Both the position numbers and the translations under genes were made by a program. From positions 96,001-160,000 of the IMG/VR virus record IMGVR_UViG_3300028603_000002: DNA of 64,000 nt; one strand, 5' to 3'. How positions within the stretch are numbered: the first letter of the stretch is position 1; each line of letters begins with the position of its first letter. Shown here in pieces: positions 62,629 to 64,000 of the stretch. This DNA is from a virus (taxonomy: Duplodnaviria; Caudoviricetes). The notes below the pieces were generated by a model, which saw only the letters and a list, made by a program, of their open reading frames with translations, ran no database searches and had not been told where the DNA came from.

Positions 62629-64000
62629 ATGGCTGTACCAACTACATTTGCACCAGTAAAACCTGGAGATTTTACATTACGTCCTGTAATTGTACACAAA
62701 AGATTTGTGTTTGGTAATTCATTTGTTAGTACTACTGGATCTGGTTATAATCTTCAAGATGCAGTATATTCAAGAATAAAAACTCCATTTGGATCAAATA
62801 AAGCCTTAAACGATCCAATTAATAGCATAGACAATAGTTACCAACATATTATATGGAATAGTATAAATCATTTATATTATGAGCATCCTTATGACCCTGG
62901 TAAAACGTTTGAACACACAAACAGAAGATTCACGTATAAACATTTAGGATTATCTGCTAGCATATTAAGTGTTCCATATTTTGACTACGGTGAGAAAATT
63001 AAACCAGGATCAGTAGAAATAACATCAAGTGGTTATTTCATTAATGATGATGGAAATGGAAACTTATACGATTCTACAATCACAACTTCATCATATGCAC
63101 ATAGATGGGCAGTAGTTGGTTATTGGGGATTTAATGAAGTATTCAGAAAGTTTAAGAGAAGTACTGGATTAATAAGAAAAGGTGTTATAAACTTTAATTC
63201 TCATATCTTTGAACCTAATATTGAATGTGGTGTTAAGAATGTATGGTTTAAACCTGGAGTACCAATTAATAATACTGGTTCTGGTATTCATGCTCAGTTT
63301 GATGGACAGTCTTATATAATGACACATAATAGAGATGAATTTAACTTTACAACTGAAGAAGATTATACTATTTCATTCTGGCTTAAGTGCCCTGTATCGC
63401 AAAGTAATACAGGTAGTACGACTAATGGTATCATAACCAAGAAAGGATCGTTGTACGGTAAGGTATTAGGTACAGGAAGGAAGTTAAATCATAATGGAGA
63501 CTTCATAGTTACTAAATTTGTATCATCATCATTGCATAATAGTGCTACTGACATATATCCATATGATTTTGAAATAGCAAACCAATTACATCCCACTCCA
63601 GGAAAACTATTTTTTAAGAGATCTGATGGTACTAATTCTATTACATTACAAAGTTCAAGTAGTTTAAATGATAATACTTACCATCATATATGTGTAACAA
63701 AATCAGGATCATTAACTACATTATACGTTGATAAGGTAGCAGAATCTTCTGGTAGTGATGTAACGAATGATCCTGTAAATAAAAATGTAATATTATTTGG
63801 AAGCGATAATTTAGATTTTAAGAAAGGATTTTCTGGAAGTTTAGACGAGATTAGATTTTATGATTATGCAGTTAACCAAAATACTGTTAATACATTAGGT
63901 GATAATACCGGAATGAGCTTATATCAGACTGCTGTTATTGGTAATTGTTTTTATAGAATGGGACATGCAGTAGTATCTCCTTTAGATCCAAAATACAATA
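62629..64000 (+). CDS. Partial LamG/concanavalin-like virion protein, runs off the window (not in ORF track)
   Basis: MAVPTTFAPVKPGDF...; YTISFWLK, YHHICVTK, FSGSLDEIRFYD. Confidence 0.75.
   Translation, partial: MAVPTTFAPVKPGDFTLRPVIVHKRFVFGNSFVSTTGSGYNLQDAVYSRIKTPFGSNKALNDPINSIDNSYQHIIWNSINHLYYEHPYDPGKTFEHTNRRFTYKHLGLSASILSVPYFDYGEKIKPGSVEITSSGYFINDDGNGNLYDSTITTSSYAHRWAVVGYWGFNEVFRKFKRSTGLIRKGVINFNSHIFEPNIECGVKNVWFKPGVPINNTGSGIHAQFDGQSYIMTHNRDEFNFTTEEDYTISFWLKCPVSQSNTGSTTNGIITKKGSLYGKVLGTGRKLNHNGDFIVTKFVSSSLHNSATDIYPYDFEIANQLHPTPGKLFFKRSDGTNSITLQSSSSLNDNTYHHICVTKSGSLTTLYVDKVAESSGSDVTNDPVNKNVILFGSDNLDFKKGFSGSLDEIRFYDYAVNQNTVNTLGDNTGMSLYQTAVIGNCFYRMGHAVVSPLDPKYN

Larger units (their letters stand above)
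1..64000. other. Segment of a large tailed dsDNA phage genome (myovirus-like), probable Bacteroidota host
   Basis: Baseplate wedge and hub-like genes, amidase endolysin, gp55-like sigma factor, dense small hypothetical ORFs, no host housekeeping genes, Bacteroidota-type promoters. Confidence 0.9.

Noticed and set aside
1-64000. Alternative genetic code (stop-codon reassignment)
   Set aside because: Long genes are intact in code 11 and TAA, TAG and TGA all end genes at tight junctions; the single in-frame TAA at 11640 is better read as a pseudogene.
1-64000. Diversity-generating retroelement or retron as the source of the repeats
   Set aside because: No reverse transcriptase is seen, and differences between the 95-bp and 78-bp repeat copies include indels and non-adenine changes.

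Overview
This is a 64 kb AT-rich segment of a large tailed dsDNA phage, probably a myovirus, using the standard genetic code. A Bacteroidota host is inferred from about 14 promoters of the form TTTG-N20-TA(T/C)NTTTA and from A-rich leaders lacking a Shine-Dalgarno sequence. Positions 1-39 kb hold small early/accessory genes (dNMP-kinase-like, macro-like, GNAT, ASCH, DUF4326, ArsR, methyltransferase, MazG, UDP-glucuronate decarboxylase, HAD nucleotidase). Positions 40-64 kb hold an amidase endolysin, an HD hydrolase, a gp55-like sigma factor and baseplate/tail genes. The standout is a pair of convergent, integron-like gene-cassette arrays (about 8.5-11.3 kb with ORFs on +, about 20.8-28.6 kb with ORFs on -). 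They are punctuated by about 24 copies of a 21-22 bp module, TAACACCCGTATAAA(CT/CAG/TGG)TAAC, with attI-like geometry, and by attC-like hairpins. No integrase is visible in the window. About ten ORFs start inside or upstream of an attC-like arm and read in frame through the GTT crossover as a Val codon, which suggests recombinational shuffling of protein halves. Functional calls come from motif recognition only; no searches were run.
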